Source: Escherichia coli
GTDB lineage: Bacteria > Pseudomonadota > Gammaproteobacteria > Enterobacterales > Enterobacteriaceae
Length of the DNA: 64,000 nt
Strand: one strand, 5' to 3'
Assembly: GCF_044324875.1 (NCBI RefSeq)
Contig: NZ_CP172185.1
This document shows positions 19,025 through 27,913 of the stretch, piece after piece. Under the pieces are notes generated by a model. The model was not told the DNA's origin. It made no database searches and saw only the letters and a program-made list of their open reading frames with translations. Within the stretch, counting starts at the first letter, position 1; every line of letters starts with the position of its first letter. A program made the position numbers and the translations under genes.

Positions 19025-20317
19025 ATGGAACCACTTATGGCTGAGGAAAAACAGCAATCCCGCCAGGCCTCACTGACTTTACAGGTGATGAATGGCAACG
19101 AACTGGAAAGCGGACGCGCCGCAAAATGCCTGTTCAGCGAAAACGGCGGTGATATTGGCCATACGCCGGAATGTCACTGGCAGGTACAGGACCGGGCGGG
19201 AAGCATTGCTGCGCGTGCCTGTACCGTTATCCGGCACGACGGAGCCTATTGCCTGCGGTGCCTGACGCCGGGACTGATGATTAATCTGGCCCCGGTCTCT
19301 TCCGATGCGCTCATCCGCCTGCGCCAGGGGGATGAGATCCAGCTCGGCGCACTGGCGCTGAAAGTGTTTCTGCATGACGGTGTAGCTGTTATCTATGACG
19401 AGCGGATGGCGACCCCGGAAACGATTGTAATGAACCGCGACAGTCTGGCGGACACCCTGTTGACCACCGAGGGACAACCGGCGTATCCGGGAATGCCGTT
19501 CCAGCATCAGCTTGCCCCCACGGTTGCGCACGGTTTTTCCAGCGATCCGCTCCAGGCACTCCAGACGGAAAGCCTGATGGTGGCAGATGATCCGATCGCC
19601 CCACGCGTTTCCCGGCCCGTTGCCCCCGCCTCCGATCTGACAGGTGCAAACGGGATCAACACGCCGTTTATGGATCTGCCGCCCGGCAATGCCCGTCATG
19701 AGGACGGCGATGAATTTTCTGCCATGGCGCAGTACCACCTGGCCGTAACCCCGCTGCTGCGCGGTATGGAGTGTCCGCTGACGCTGCACAATTCTCAGGA
19801 TGCGGATGAGTTTCTCGAAGAGGCCGGACGGGCGTTGCAGGCCGCCATTAAGGGATTGCTGAGTCTGCAACAACAACAGAACAGCCTGTCGGATAAACAC
19901 CTGCGTCCACTGGAAGACAACCCGTTGCGCCTTGATATGGACTATCCCACCGCGCTGAACGTCATGTTCGCCGAGGGTAAAAGCCCGGTACATCTCGCCG
20001 CACCTGCGGCCATCGCCGAAAGCCTGCGCAACATCCGGCATCATGAAGAGGCCAACCGGGCGGCGATTGTGGAAGCGTTGCGTGTCATGCTGGACGCCTT
20101 CTCGCCGGGCAACCTGATGCGCCGCTTTGCGCAATACCGCCGCAGCCATGAGCTGCGCCAGAAAATGGACAACGCCTGGGCATGGCAGATGTACAGCAAC
20201 TATTACGATGAACTGGCCTCCAGCCGACAGCAGGGATTTGAAATGCTGTTCAATGAAGTTTATGCCCAGGTCTATGACCGGGTGCTGCGCGAAAAACAGC
20301 GGGAGCCGGAAGCATGA
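19025..20317 (+). CDS. fha: FHA-domain T6SS scaffold protein (Fha/TagH-like)
   Basis: About 430 aa from ATG 19025 (MEPLMAEEKQQ...); FHA-like N-terminal region; the track ORF (18929) is over-extended into tssG. Confidence 0.75.
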   Translation: MEPLMAEEKQQSRQASLTLQVMNGNELESGRAAKCLFSENGGDIGHTPECHWQVQDRAGSIAARACTVIRHDGAYCLRCLTPGLMINLAPVSSDALIRLRQGDEIQLGALALKVFLHDGVAVIYDERMATPETIVMNRDSLADTLLTTEGQPAYPGMPFQHQLAPTVAHGFSSDPLQALQTESLMVADDPIAPRVSRPVAPASDLTGANGINTPFMDLPPGNARHEDGDEFSAMAQYHLAVTPLLRGMECPLTLHNSQDADEFLEEAGRALQAAIKGLLSLQQQQNSLSDKHLRPLEDNPLRLDMDYPTALNVMFAEGKSPVHLAAPAAIAESLRNIRHHEEANRAAIVEALRVMLDAFSPGNLMRRFAQYRRSHELRQKMDNAWAWQMYSNYYDELASSRQQGFEMLFNEVYAQVYDRVLREKQREPEA

Positions 20318-20838
20318 ACGGCAAAGCGTTTCTGGCCTGCGTTCTGATGAGCGTTGTGTTAACTGGCTGTGAAACAGCGAAAAAAATCAGCCAGGTGATC
20401 CGCAATCCGGATATTCAGGTCGGAAAGCTGATGGATCAGTCAACCGAGCTGACCGTCACGCTGCTGACCGAGCCGGACAGCAACCTGACGGCGGACGGTG
20501 AAGCCGCGCCGGTGGATGTCCAGTTGGTGTATCTGAGCGACGACTCCAAATTCCAGGCCGCCGATTACGATCAGATTGCCACCACCGCGCTGCCCGACGT
20601 GCTGGGGAAGAACTATATCGATCACCAGGACTTCAACCTGTTGCCGGACACCGTAAAAACACTGCCGCCGATCAAGCTGGATGAGAAAACCGGTTATATC
20701 GGTGTCATTGCCTATTTTTCAGACGACCAGGCCACAGAATGGAAACAAATTGAGCCGGTAGAAAGTATCGGCCACCACTATCGCCTGCTGGTGCATATCC
20801 GCGCCAGTGCGATTGAGATGAAAAAAGAGGAAAACTGA
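20314..20838 (+). CDS. tssJ: T6SS outer-membrane lipoprotein TssJ
   Basis: 174-aa ORF with lipoprotein signal and lipobox LTGC (MNGKAFLACVLMSVVLTGC); ATGA overlap with the fha stop. Confidence 0.85.
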   Translation: MNGKAFLACVLMSVVLTGCETAKKISQVIRNPDIQVGKLMDQSTELTVTLLTEPDSNLTADGEAAPVDVQLVYLSDDSKFQAADYDQIATTALPDVLGKNYIDHQDFNLLPDTVKTLPPIKLDEKTGYIGVIAYFSDDQATEWKQIEPVESIGHHYRLLVHIRASAIEMKKEEN

Positions 20839-20840
20839 CG

Positions 20841-22187
20841 ATGGCAACAATGAAAAACAAGGTGATCTGGCAGGAAGGGCTGTTTGCCCTGCCGCAGCAT
20901 TTTCAGCAACAGCAGCGTCATTGCGAGTACCTGCTGAACCGTCGTCTGGATGCACTGGGTGATTTTTTCTGGGGCTTTACGGAACTCTCCATCAATACCG
21001 AACTGCTTGCCCAGGGCAAAATCATGATTGACCGTGCGGCGGGCTGTATGCCTGACGGCACCGTATTCAGCATTCCCGACCAGGATCTGCTGCCGGAACC
21101 TTTCCAGCCGGGAACCCTTTCATCGAAAGAGAGCCACAATATTTATCTGGCGCTGCCTGTAATCAGCGACGTGATCAATGAAATCCAGGGGTTGCACAGC
21201 GCCGGTCAGGGTACGGAGCGTTACCGCCTCACCCATACCCGCGTCCGTGATTTTCACACTGACGAAGGCGACGAACAGCCGGTCGGTCTGGGGCAGTTGA
21301 TCCCCAGGATAGTCAGCGGCGCAGATGATCTCAGCGCGATGGTGACCCTCCCCCTGTGCCGTATCCTCAATAAAAATGCTACCGGCGCACTGGTGCTGGA
21401 CAACACCTTTATTCCCACCATTCAGGCCGTCCGTGTCAGCGGGTTGCTCGGGGCATTCTCCGGCGAGGTGCAGGGGCTGCTTGCCACCCGCGCCGCCGAC
21501 CTGGCCGGGCGCATCGGTTCGCCTGAACAGAGCGGGATCGCCGATGTGGCCGAATTTATGATGTTGCAGATGCTTAACCGCCATCAAATGCAGTTCACGC
21601 ACCGTTCACAACTGCACACGCTGCATCCGGAAGCCTTCTACCAAGATCTGGTGGGGCTGCTGGGAGAACTGATGACCTTTACCGAAGGTAATCGCCTGCC
21701 CTGCACCGTGGAGCCGTATAATCACCGGGATCTTACCGCGACCTTCACCAGAACCGTGATCCCGGAACTGCGGCGCGCACTCAATACCGTACTGGTGCCG
21801 CGTGCGCAGAATCTGCCGCTGTTCTTTTCAGAGGGGACCTGGATCGCCACCATCAGCGATCCCACACTGTTGCAGTCCTGCAAGCTGGTACTGGCAGTGC
21901 GCGCCAGGATGCCCTACGACCAGGTACAACGCCAGTTCATCCAGCAGTCAAAAGTGGCCGCTACCGACAAAATCCGCAGCGTGGTCAGCGTGCAGGTGCC
22001 GGGTATTCCGCTGCACACTCTTACCGCTGCGCCGCGTCAGTTGCCCTGGCATGAAGGTTATGTTTACTTCGAACTGGAAAAAGGCACCCCAGCCTGGCAG
22101 GACGTGATAAAAGCGGGCGCGCTGGCGCTGCATATCTCCGGCACCTTCCCCGATCTGAACCTTCAGCTCTGGGCGATAAGGGGATAA
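20841..22187 (+). CDS. tssK: T6SS baseplate protein TssK
   Basis: 448-aa ORF MATMKNKVIWQEGLFALPQHFQQQ...; characteristic TssK N-terminus. Confidence 0.88.
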   Translation: MATMKNKVIWQEGLFALPQHFQQQQRHCEYLLNRRLDALGDFFWGFTELSINTELLAQGKIMIDRAAGCMPDGTVFSIPDQDLLPEPFQPGTLSSKESHNIYLALPVISDVINEIQGLHSAGQGTERYRLTHTRVRDFHTDEGDEQPVGLGQLIPRIVSGADDLSAMVTLPLCRILNKNATGALVLDNTFIPTIQAVRVSGLLGAFSGEVQGLLATRAADLAGRIGSPEQSGIADVAEFMMLQMLNRHQMQFTHRSQLHTLHPEAFYQDLVGLLGELMTFTEGNRLPCTVEPYNHRDLTATFTRTVIPELRRALNTVLVPRAQNLPLFFSEGTWIATISDPTLLQSCKLVLAVRARMPYDQVQRQFIQQSKVAATDKIRSVVSVQVPGIPLHTLTAAPRQLPWHEGYVYFELEKGTPAWQDVIKAGALALHISGTFPDLNLQLWAIRG

Positions 22188-22191
22188 GTGA

Positions 22192-22965
22192 ATGAGCGAT
22201 ATCAGCGATATGGGTGAACCGTCGGTTTTTCCCATGGAGCCGGAGAGCGGAACATCAGGACGTCAGTACCGTCTCGCCCTTCGCGGCAACAGCCTGAACC
22301 CAATGATTGACGCCGCCACGCCGTTGCTCGGCATGGTGATGCGTCTGTCCACCATGAACAGCCAGGCCATGCCGGAACATCTGTTTGCCCAGGTGGTAAC
22401 CGATGTCCAGGCTGTGGAACAACTACTCCAGGAGCAGGGTTACGAGCCGGGCGTCATTGTTTCGTTCCGCTACATTCTCTGCACGTTTATTGACGAAGCG
22501 GCGCTGGGCAACGGCTGGTCCAACAAAAACGAATGGATAAAACAGTCGCTACTGGTTCATTTCCATAACGAAGCCTGGGGCGGCGAGAAAGTGTTTATCC
22601 TGCTCGAACGCCTGATCCGGGAGCCGGTACGTTACCAGGATCTGCTGGAATTTTTATACCTCTGCTTTTCGCTGGGCTTTCGCGGGCGCTACAAGGTTGC
22701 CATTCAGCAACAGGATGAATTTGAGCGGATCTACCAGCGCCTGCACCATGCCCTGCACAAACTGCGCGGTGACGCGCCATTTCCGCTGCTTCACCAGAAG
22801 AACAACATACAGGGCGGGCGTTATCAGTTAATCCGGCGGCTGACCATCAGGCATGTACTGTGCGGCGGTCTTGTTGTGCTGGCCGTATTTTATCTGTTTT
22901 ATCTGCTGCGTCTGGACAGCCAGACACAGGATATTCTGCATCAGCTCAATAAATTACTCCGATAA
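22192..22965 (+). CDS. tssL: T6SS membrane-complex protein TssL (DotU-like)
   Basis: 257-aa ORF with a C-terminal transmembrane segment (VLCGGLVVLAVFYLFYLL); DotU-like. Confidence 0.85.
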   Translation: MSDISDMGEPSVFPMEPESGTSGRQYRLALRGNSLNPMIDAATPLLGMVMRLSTMNSQAMPEHLFAQVVTDVQAVEQLLQEQGYEPGVIVSFRYILCTFIDEAALGNGWSNKNEWIKQSLLVHFHNEAWGGEKVFILLERLIREPVRYQDLLEFLYLCFSLGFRGRYKVAIQQQDEFERIYQRLHHALHKLRGDAPFPLLHQKNNIQGGRYQLIRRLTIRHVLCGGLVVLAVFYLFYLLRLDSQTQDILHQLNKLLR

Positions 22966-22974
22966 GGACATCTT

Positions 22975-25707
22975 ATGATCCAGATTGATTTAGCCACGCT
23001 GGTAAAGCGGCTTAACCCCTTTGCAAAACAGGCGCTGGAAATGGCTGCCTCGGAGTGTATGAGCCAGCAGGCCAGTGAGATCACCGTTGCCCATATGCTG
23101 TTGCAGATGCTGGTTATCCCGCGCAGCGACGTAAGGGTGATTGCCGAACGCACAGGCATCAGTGCGGAGGATTTACGCCAGGCGCTGACCGTGGAGAGTT
23201 ATCCCGGCGGACGTTCCGCCGAAGGCTATCCCAGCTTCTCCCCGATGCTGATCGAATGGCTCAAGGAGTCATGGCTGCTGGCCTCAGCCCAGATGCAGCA
23301 CAGCGAACTGCGCAGCGGCGTCCTGCTGCTTACTCTGCTGCATTCACCGCTGCGCTATATTCCACCCGCTGCTGCCCGTCTGCTGACGGCCATAAACCGT
23401 GACCAGTTACAGCAGGATTTCACCGCATGGACAAAAGAATCCGCCGAATCCGTGGATCTGGCTGGTGGGCAAGCGTTCCGTGCAACAGAAACCGGCGACA
23501 CCCTGCTTGCCCGCTATGCCAAAAATATGACCGAAGACGCCCGTAACGGAAAACTCGATCCGGTACTGTGCCGCGACCACGAAATCGATTTGATGATCGA
23601 CATTCTCTGCCGCCGTCGTAAAAATAACCCGGTGGTAGTGGGCGAAGCGGGCGTGGGCAAAAGCGCACTGATTGAAGGGCTGGCGCTGCGCATCGTGGCA
23701 GGCCAGGTGCCGGACAAGCTGAAAAACACCGATATCATGACCCTTGACCTGGGCGCATTGCAGGCCGGAGCGTCGGTGAAGGGCGAATTCGAAAAACGTT
23801 TCAAAGGGCTGATGGCGGAGGTCATTTCCTCCCCGGTGCCGATCATTCTGTTTATCGACGAAGCGCATACCCTGATTGGCGCGGGCAACCAGCAGGGCGG
23901 GCTGGATATCTCCAACCTGCTCAAACCGGCGCTGGCGCGTGGCGAACTGAAAACCATCGCCGCCACAACCTGGAGCGAATACAAAAAATACTTCGAAAAA
24001 GACGCTGCCTTATCGCGCCGCTTCCAGTTAGTTAAGGTCAGCGAACCTAACGCTGCCGAAGCGACGATTATTCTGCGTGGCCTGTCGGCGGTCTATGAAC
24101 AGTCTCACGGTGTGCTGATTGACGATGAGGCCTTACAAGCCGCAGCAACACTGAGCGAGCGTTATCTCTCCGGACGTCAGTTGCCGGACAAAGCGATTGA
24201 TGTGCTGGACACCGCCTGCGCCCGCGTGGCAATCAACCTTTCTTCGCCGCCGAAACAGATTTCGGCGCTGGCCACGTTAAGCCAGCAGCAGGAGACGGAA
24301 ATCCGCCAGCTTGAGCGCGAAAGGCGTATCGGGCTGCGTACCGATACCGCCCGGATGACGGAAGTGCTGGTGCAGTACGATGAAACACTGACGGCGCTGG
24401 ATGAACTGGAAGCCGCCTGGCACCAGCAACAGGCGCTGGTACAGGAGATTATTACGCTACGCCAGCAGTTACTGGGCGTTGCAGAGGACACAGATGCCGT
24501 AGTGGATACGCCGCCAGAGTCAGAACAGGATAATACTGGTGCCATACCGGCTGATGAAGCTGGCAGCGTACAGCCGGAAGAGACCGCTGAAACAGTTTCC
24601 CCGGTACAGCGGCTGGCACAGCTTACTGCCGAACTGGACGCCCTGCATAACGATCGGTTGCTGGTCTCTCCGCATGTCGATAAAAAACAGATTGCGGCGG
24701 TAATTGCCGAATGGACTGGTGTTCCGCTTAACCGCCTGTCGCAGAATGAAATGTCGGTCATCACCGACCTGCCGAAGTGGCTTGGTGACACCATCAAAGG
24801 CCAGGACCTGGCGATTGCCAGCCTGCATAAACACCTGCTGACCGCACGCGCCGACCTGCGCCGTCCGGGACGCCCGCTTGGCGCGTTTCTGCTGGCTGGT
24901 CCCAGTGGCGTGGGTAAAACCGAAACCGTCCTGCAACTGGCAGAGCTGCTCTACGGCGGTCGCCAGTACCTGACCACCATCAATATGTCCGAGTTCCAGG
25001 AGAAGCACACCGTCTCGCGGCTGATTGGTTCCCCTCCGGGCTATGTCGGCTATGGCGAAGGCGGCGTGCTGACTGAGGCCATCCGCCAGAAACCCTACTC
25101 GGTGGTACTTCTCGATGAAGTGGAAAAAGCGCACCCGGATGTGCTCAACCTGTTCTACCAGGCGTTTGACAAGGGCGAGATGGCGGACGGCGAGGGCCGC
25201 CTGATTGACTGTAAAAACATCGTCTTCTTCCTCACCTCCAACCTCGGCTATCAGGTGATTGTCGAACACGCCGATGACCCGGAAACCATGCAGGAAGCCC
25301 TGTATCCGGTGCTGGCAGACTTCTTTAAACCCGCCCTGCTGGCGCGTATGGAAGTGGTGCCATACCTGCCGCTGTCGAAAGCGACGCTCGCTACCATTAT
25401 TGCCGGGAAACTGGCCCGCCTGGATAACGTGCTGCGCAGCCGCTTTGGTGCGGACGTGATTATTGAACCGGAAGTGACGGACGAAATCATGAGCCGCGTC
25501 ACCCGCGCGGAAAACGGCGCGAGGATGCTCGAATCGGTCATTGACGGCGACATGCTGCCGCCGCTCTCGCTGCTGCTGTTGCAGAAAATGGCGGCTAACA
25601 CGGCGATTGCCCGGATTCGCCTGTCGGTGGCAGACGGTGCATTCACAGCAGACGTGGAAGATGTTCTGAACGACGAGTCCGTCACAGAGGATGAAACGGT
25701 TTTATGA
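22975..25707 (+). CDS. clpV: T6SS AAA+ ATPase ClpV (TssH)
   Basis: 910-aa ORF with two Walker A motifs (GEAGVGKS, GPSGVGKT) and a Clp N-domain; ClpB/ClpV family. Confidence 0.92.
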   Translation: MIQIDLATLVKRLNPFAKQALEMAASECMSQQASEITVAHMLLQMLVIPRSDVRVIAERTGISAEDLRQALTVESYPGGRSAEGYPSFSPMLIEWLKESWLLASAQMQHSELRSGVLLLTLLHSPLRYIPPAAARLLTAINRDQLQQDFTAWTKESAESVDLAGGQAFRATETGDTLLARYAKNMTEDARNGKLDPVLCRDHEIDLMIDILCRRRKNNPVVVGEAGVGKSALIEGLALRIVAGQVPDKLKNTDIMTLDLGALQAGASVKGEFEKRFKGLMAEVISSPVPIILFIDEAHTLIGAGNQQGGLDISNLLKPALARGELKTIAATTWSEYKKYFEKDAALSRRFQLVKVSEPNAAEATIILRGLSAVYEQSHGVLIDDEALQAAATLSERYLSGRQLPDKAIDVLDTACARVAINLSSPPKQISALATLSQQQETEIRQLERERRIGLRTDTARMTEVLVQYDETLTALDELEAAWHQQQALVQEIITLRQQLLGVAEDTDAVVDTPPESEQDNTGAIPADEAGSVQPEETAETVSPVQRLAQLTAELDALHNDRLLVSPHVDKKQIAAVIAEWTGVPLNRLSQNEMSVITDLPKWLGDTIKGQDLAIASLHKHLLTARADLRRPGRPLGAFLLAGPSGVGKTETVLQLAELLYGGRQYLTTINMSEFQEKHTVSRLIGSPPGYVGYGEGGVLTEAIRQKPYSVVLLDEVEKAHPDVLNLFYQAFDKGEMADGEGRLIDCKNIVFFLTSNLGYQVIVEHADDPETMQEALYPVLADFFKPALLARMEVVPYLPLSKATLATIIAGKLARLDNVLRSRFGADVIIEPEVTDEIMSRVTRAENGARMLESVIDGDMLPPLSLLLLQKMAANTAIARIRLSVADGAFTADVEDVLNDESVTEDETVL

Positions 25708-26447
25708 GCAGGTTGCGCGTTTTCCTGCAGACAGGATGGTTTATCGCGGGCCTGATGGCGGGCTTACCCGCCAGTGCCGCGCCCGCAGAAACATCGTCAA
25801 TGGCCGGTGTGGCGGTAGCCGCTGCAACAGCGACACCTTCGGATGCGGCAGCCACGTTACAGTCCATGCGGTCCTGTCGGCGGGAGCCTGCGGCGCTGGA
25901 GCGGCTTGACTGTTATGACCGCATTCTTTCGCCAGAGCAGCCAGCCTTTGGTGGGGCTGCACTGGTGAAAGCCCGTTACCAGGGCGAAGCCTGGACCCGC
26001 GCCACAGAGCAGGAAAAACGCCGCCAGGGCAATACCACAGGGCTGCTGGTGACGCAGGTGCCGGGTGAACGCCCGACGGTAGTGATAACCACCCCGGCTA
26101 TCGGCCATGTTCCGCCGCGCCCGGTGCTGATGTTCAGTTGCGTGGACAATATCACCCGGATGCAGGTGGCGCTGATGCACCCTCTGGATGTCCATGATAT
26201 CGCCGTCACCCTGAATGCCGACAGCCGGGCATTACGCAGCCACTGGTTTGTGCGCGAGAACGGCACCCTGCTGGAGTCCAGCCGGGGGTTATCCGGTATC
26301 GATGAAATTAAGCAACTGTTCGGCGCAAAAACGCTGACGGTGGATACCGGCACAGACAACGCCGCCGGAAAGCTGACCTTTAACATTGACGGGCTGGCAC
26401 GGGTTATTGCGCCGCTACGCGACGCCTGCCACTGGGCGGGAGAATAA
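25704..26447 (+). CDS. T6SS-associated VasI-like protein with signal peptide
   Basis: 247-aa ORF with N-terminal signal sequence; sits after clpV as vasI does in Vibrio-type clusters; ATGA overlap with the clpV stop. Confidence 0.6.
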   Translation: MSRLRVFLQTGWFIAGLMAGLPASAAPAETSSMAGVAVAAATATPSDAAATLQSMRSCRREPAALERLDCYDRILSPEQPAFGGAALVKARYQGEAWTRATEQEKRRQGNTTGLLVTQVPGERPTVVITTPAIGHVPPRPVLMFSCVDNITRMQVALMHPLDVHDIAVTLNADSRALRSHWFVRENGTLLESSRGLSGIDEIKQLFGAKTLTVDTGTDNAAGKLTFNIDGLARVIAPLRDACHWAGE

Positions 26448-26451
26448 GAAT

Positions 26452-27894
26452 ATGGCAATGGACTTACGTAATCCCGATGTATGGCTTGCACACCTGCTGG
26501 AAAACCTGCCGGAAGATAAGCTGTCCGCCGCGCTTGATGATGGCAATGCAGACTGGGAGTTTGTCGACAGCGAAATCGTCAAGCTCGGTTCACTGGCGCA
26601 CAGCCAGCTTGATATCCCGGAACTTCAGCGCCGGGGCCTGATGCTTCTGGCCTCAGAAACCAAAGATTTTCGCCTGCTGGCCCACCTGCTGCGTACCCTG
26701 CAACATGCCGGTGATATTCTGCTGGCCTCCAGGATGCTGGCACAATATACAGAACACTACTGGACATGCGCCGCACCGCAGAACATGGCCCACAAAAAAC
26801 GCTTTGCCGCCCAGGTGATAAAACGCTTTGAGTCTGCCGTTCAGGACTTTGCCGGGAATGCTGCGACAATACAGCGCGATGCTTTGCTGGGAGAGCTGGC
26901 AAAACTGGCACAGTGCTGGCAGGCGCACAACGCTCCTGAGCTGGCTAAGGCGACAGACGATTTATTTGCCCTGTTTCAGCGCGCGTTTCGTGATGTAGCG
27001 CCTGAAATGCCATCATCTGCACGAACCGCCGCCATTGCGCCGCAGGCCACAGCCGGATCTGTACCGGATATGTCACCGCACACGGTTGCCGCTCAGCCTC
27101 CTGTTGCAGCCACTCCAATCCCGCAGGTCACTGTTGACAGCCACGACGATAAAGCATGGCGCGACACCCTGCTGAAGGTGGCCGCCATTCTCTGTGAGCG
27201 CCAGCCGGAGTCACCGCAGGGTTACCGACTGCGCCGCCATGCTCTGTGGCAGACCATCACCAGTACCCCGCAGGCAGAAAGCGATGGCCGGACCCCACTG
27301 GCAGCCTTCCCTGTCGATATGATGGATGATTACCTGGCGCGGCTGAACAATGCCGACATGGCGCTGTGGCAGCAGGTGGAAAAAAGCCTGCTGCTGGCCC
27401 CGTACTGGCTGGACGGTCATTACCTCTCAGCACAGACCGCGCTGCGCCTCGGTTATAAACAGGTGGCGGATGCTATCCGTGATGAAGTTACCGGTTTTCT
27501 GGCCCGCCTGCCCGCACTGATCAACCTGTTGTTTAACGACCGCACTCCGTTTGTGTCCGAACAGACGAAACAGTGGCTGGCATCATCCGGCTCAGTCAAC
27601 CAGACCGCCCCGGTTGTACAGACCGATGAAGAATTACAGGCGGCCAGGGCGTGCTTCGATGAAAACGGGCTGGAAGCCGCGCTGCGGTACCTGGAAAACC
27701 TGCCCGAAGGTGATCCCCGCCACCAGTTTCACCGCCAGTTTTTCGGCGCGCAGTTACTGGAAGAGGCCGGTATGGTTCAGCTTGCACAACAGCAGTACCG
27801 GATGCTCTTCAGAACAGGATTACACATGATGCTGTCCGAATGGGAACCGTCCCTGCTGGAAGCACTGGAACAAAAATTCACGGCAGAACAGTAA
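26452..27894 (+). CDS. tssA: T6SS protein TssA (ImpA N-terminal domain)
   Basis: About 480 aa from ATG 26452 (MAMDLRNPDVWLAHLLENLPEDKL...); ImpA_N-like N-terminus; the track ORF starts earlier (26386) inside vasI. Confidence 0.8.
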   Translation: MAMDLRNPDVWLAHLLENLPEDKLSAALDDGNADWEFVDSEIVKLGSLAHSQLDIPELQRRGLMLLASETKDFRLLAHLLRTLQHAGDILLASRMLAQYTEHYWTCAAPQNMAHKKRFAAQVIKRFESAVQDFAGNAATIQRDALLGELAKLAQCWQAHNAPELAKATDDLFALFQRAFRDVAPEMPSSARTAAIAPQATAGSVPDMSPHTVAAQPPVAATPIPQVTVDSHDDKAWRDTLLKVAAILCERQPESPQGYRLRRHALWQTITSTPQAESDGRTPLAAFPVDMMDDYLARLNNADMALWQQVEKSLLLAPYWLDGHYLSAQTALRLGYKQVADAIRDEVTGFLARLPALINLLFNDRTPFVSEQTKQWLASSGSVNQTAPVVQTDEELQAARACFDENGLEAALRYLENLPEGDPRHQFHRQFFGAQLLEEAGMVQLAQQQYRMLFRTGLHMMLSEWEPSLLEALEQKFTAEQ

Positions 27895-27913
27895 AAGATA
27901 ACAAGGAGTTACC

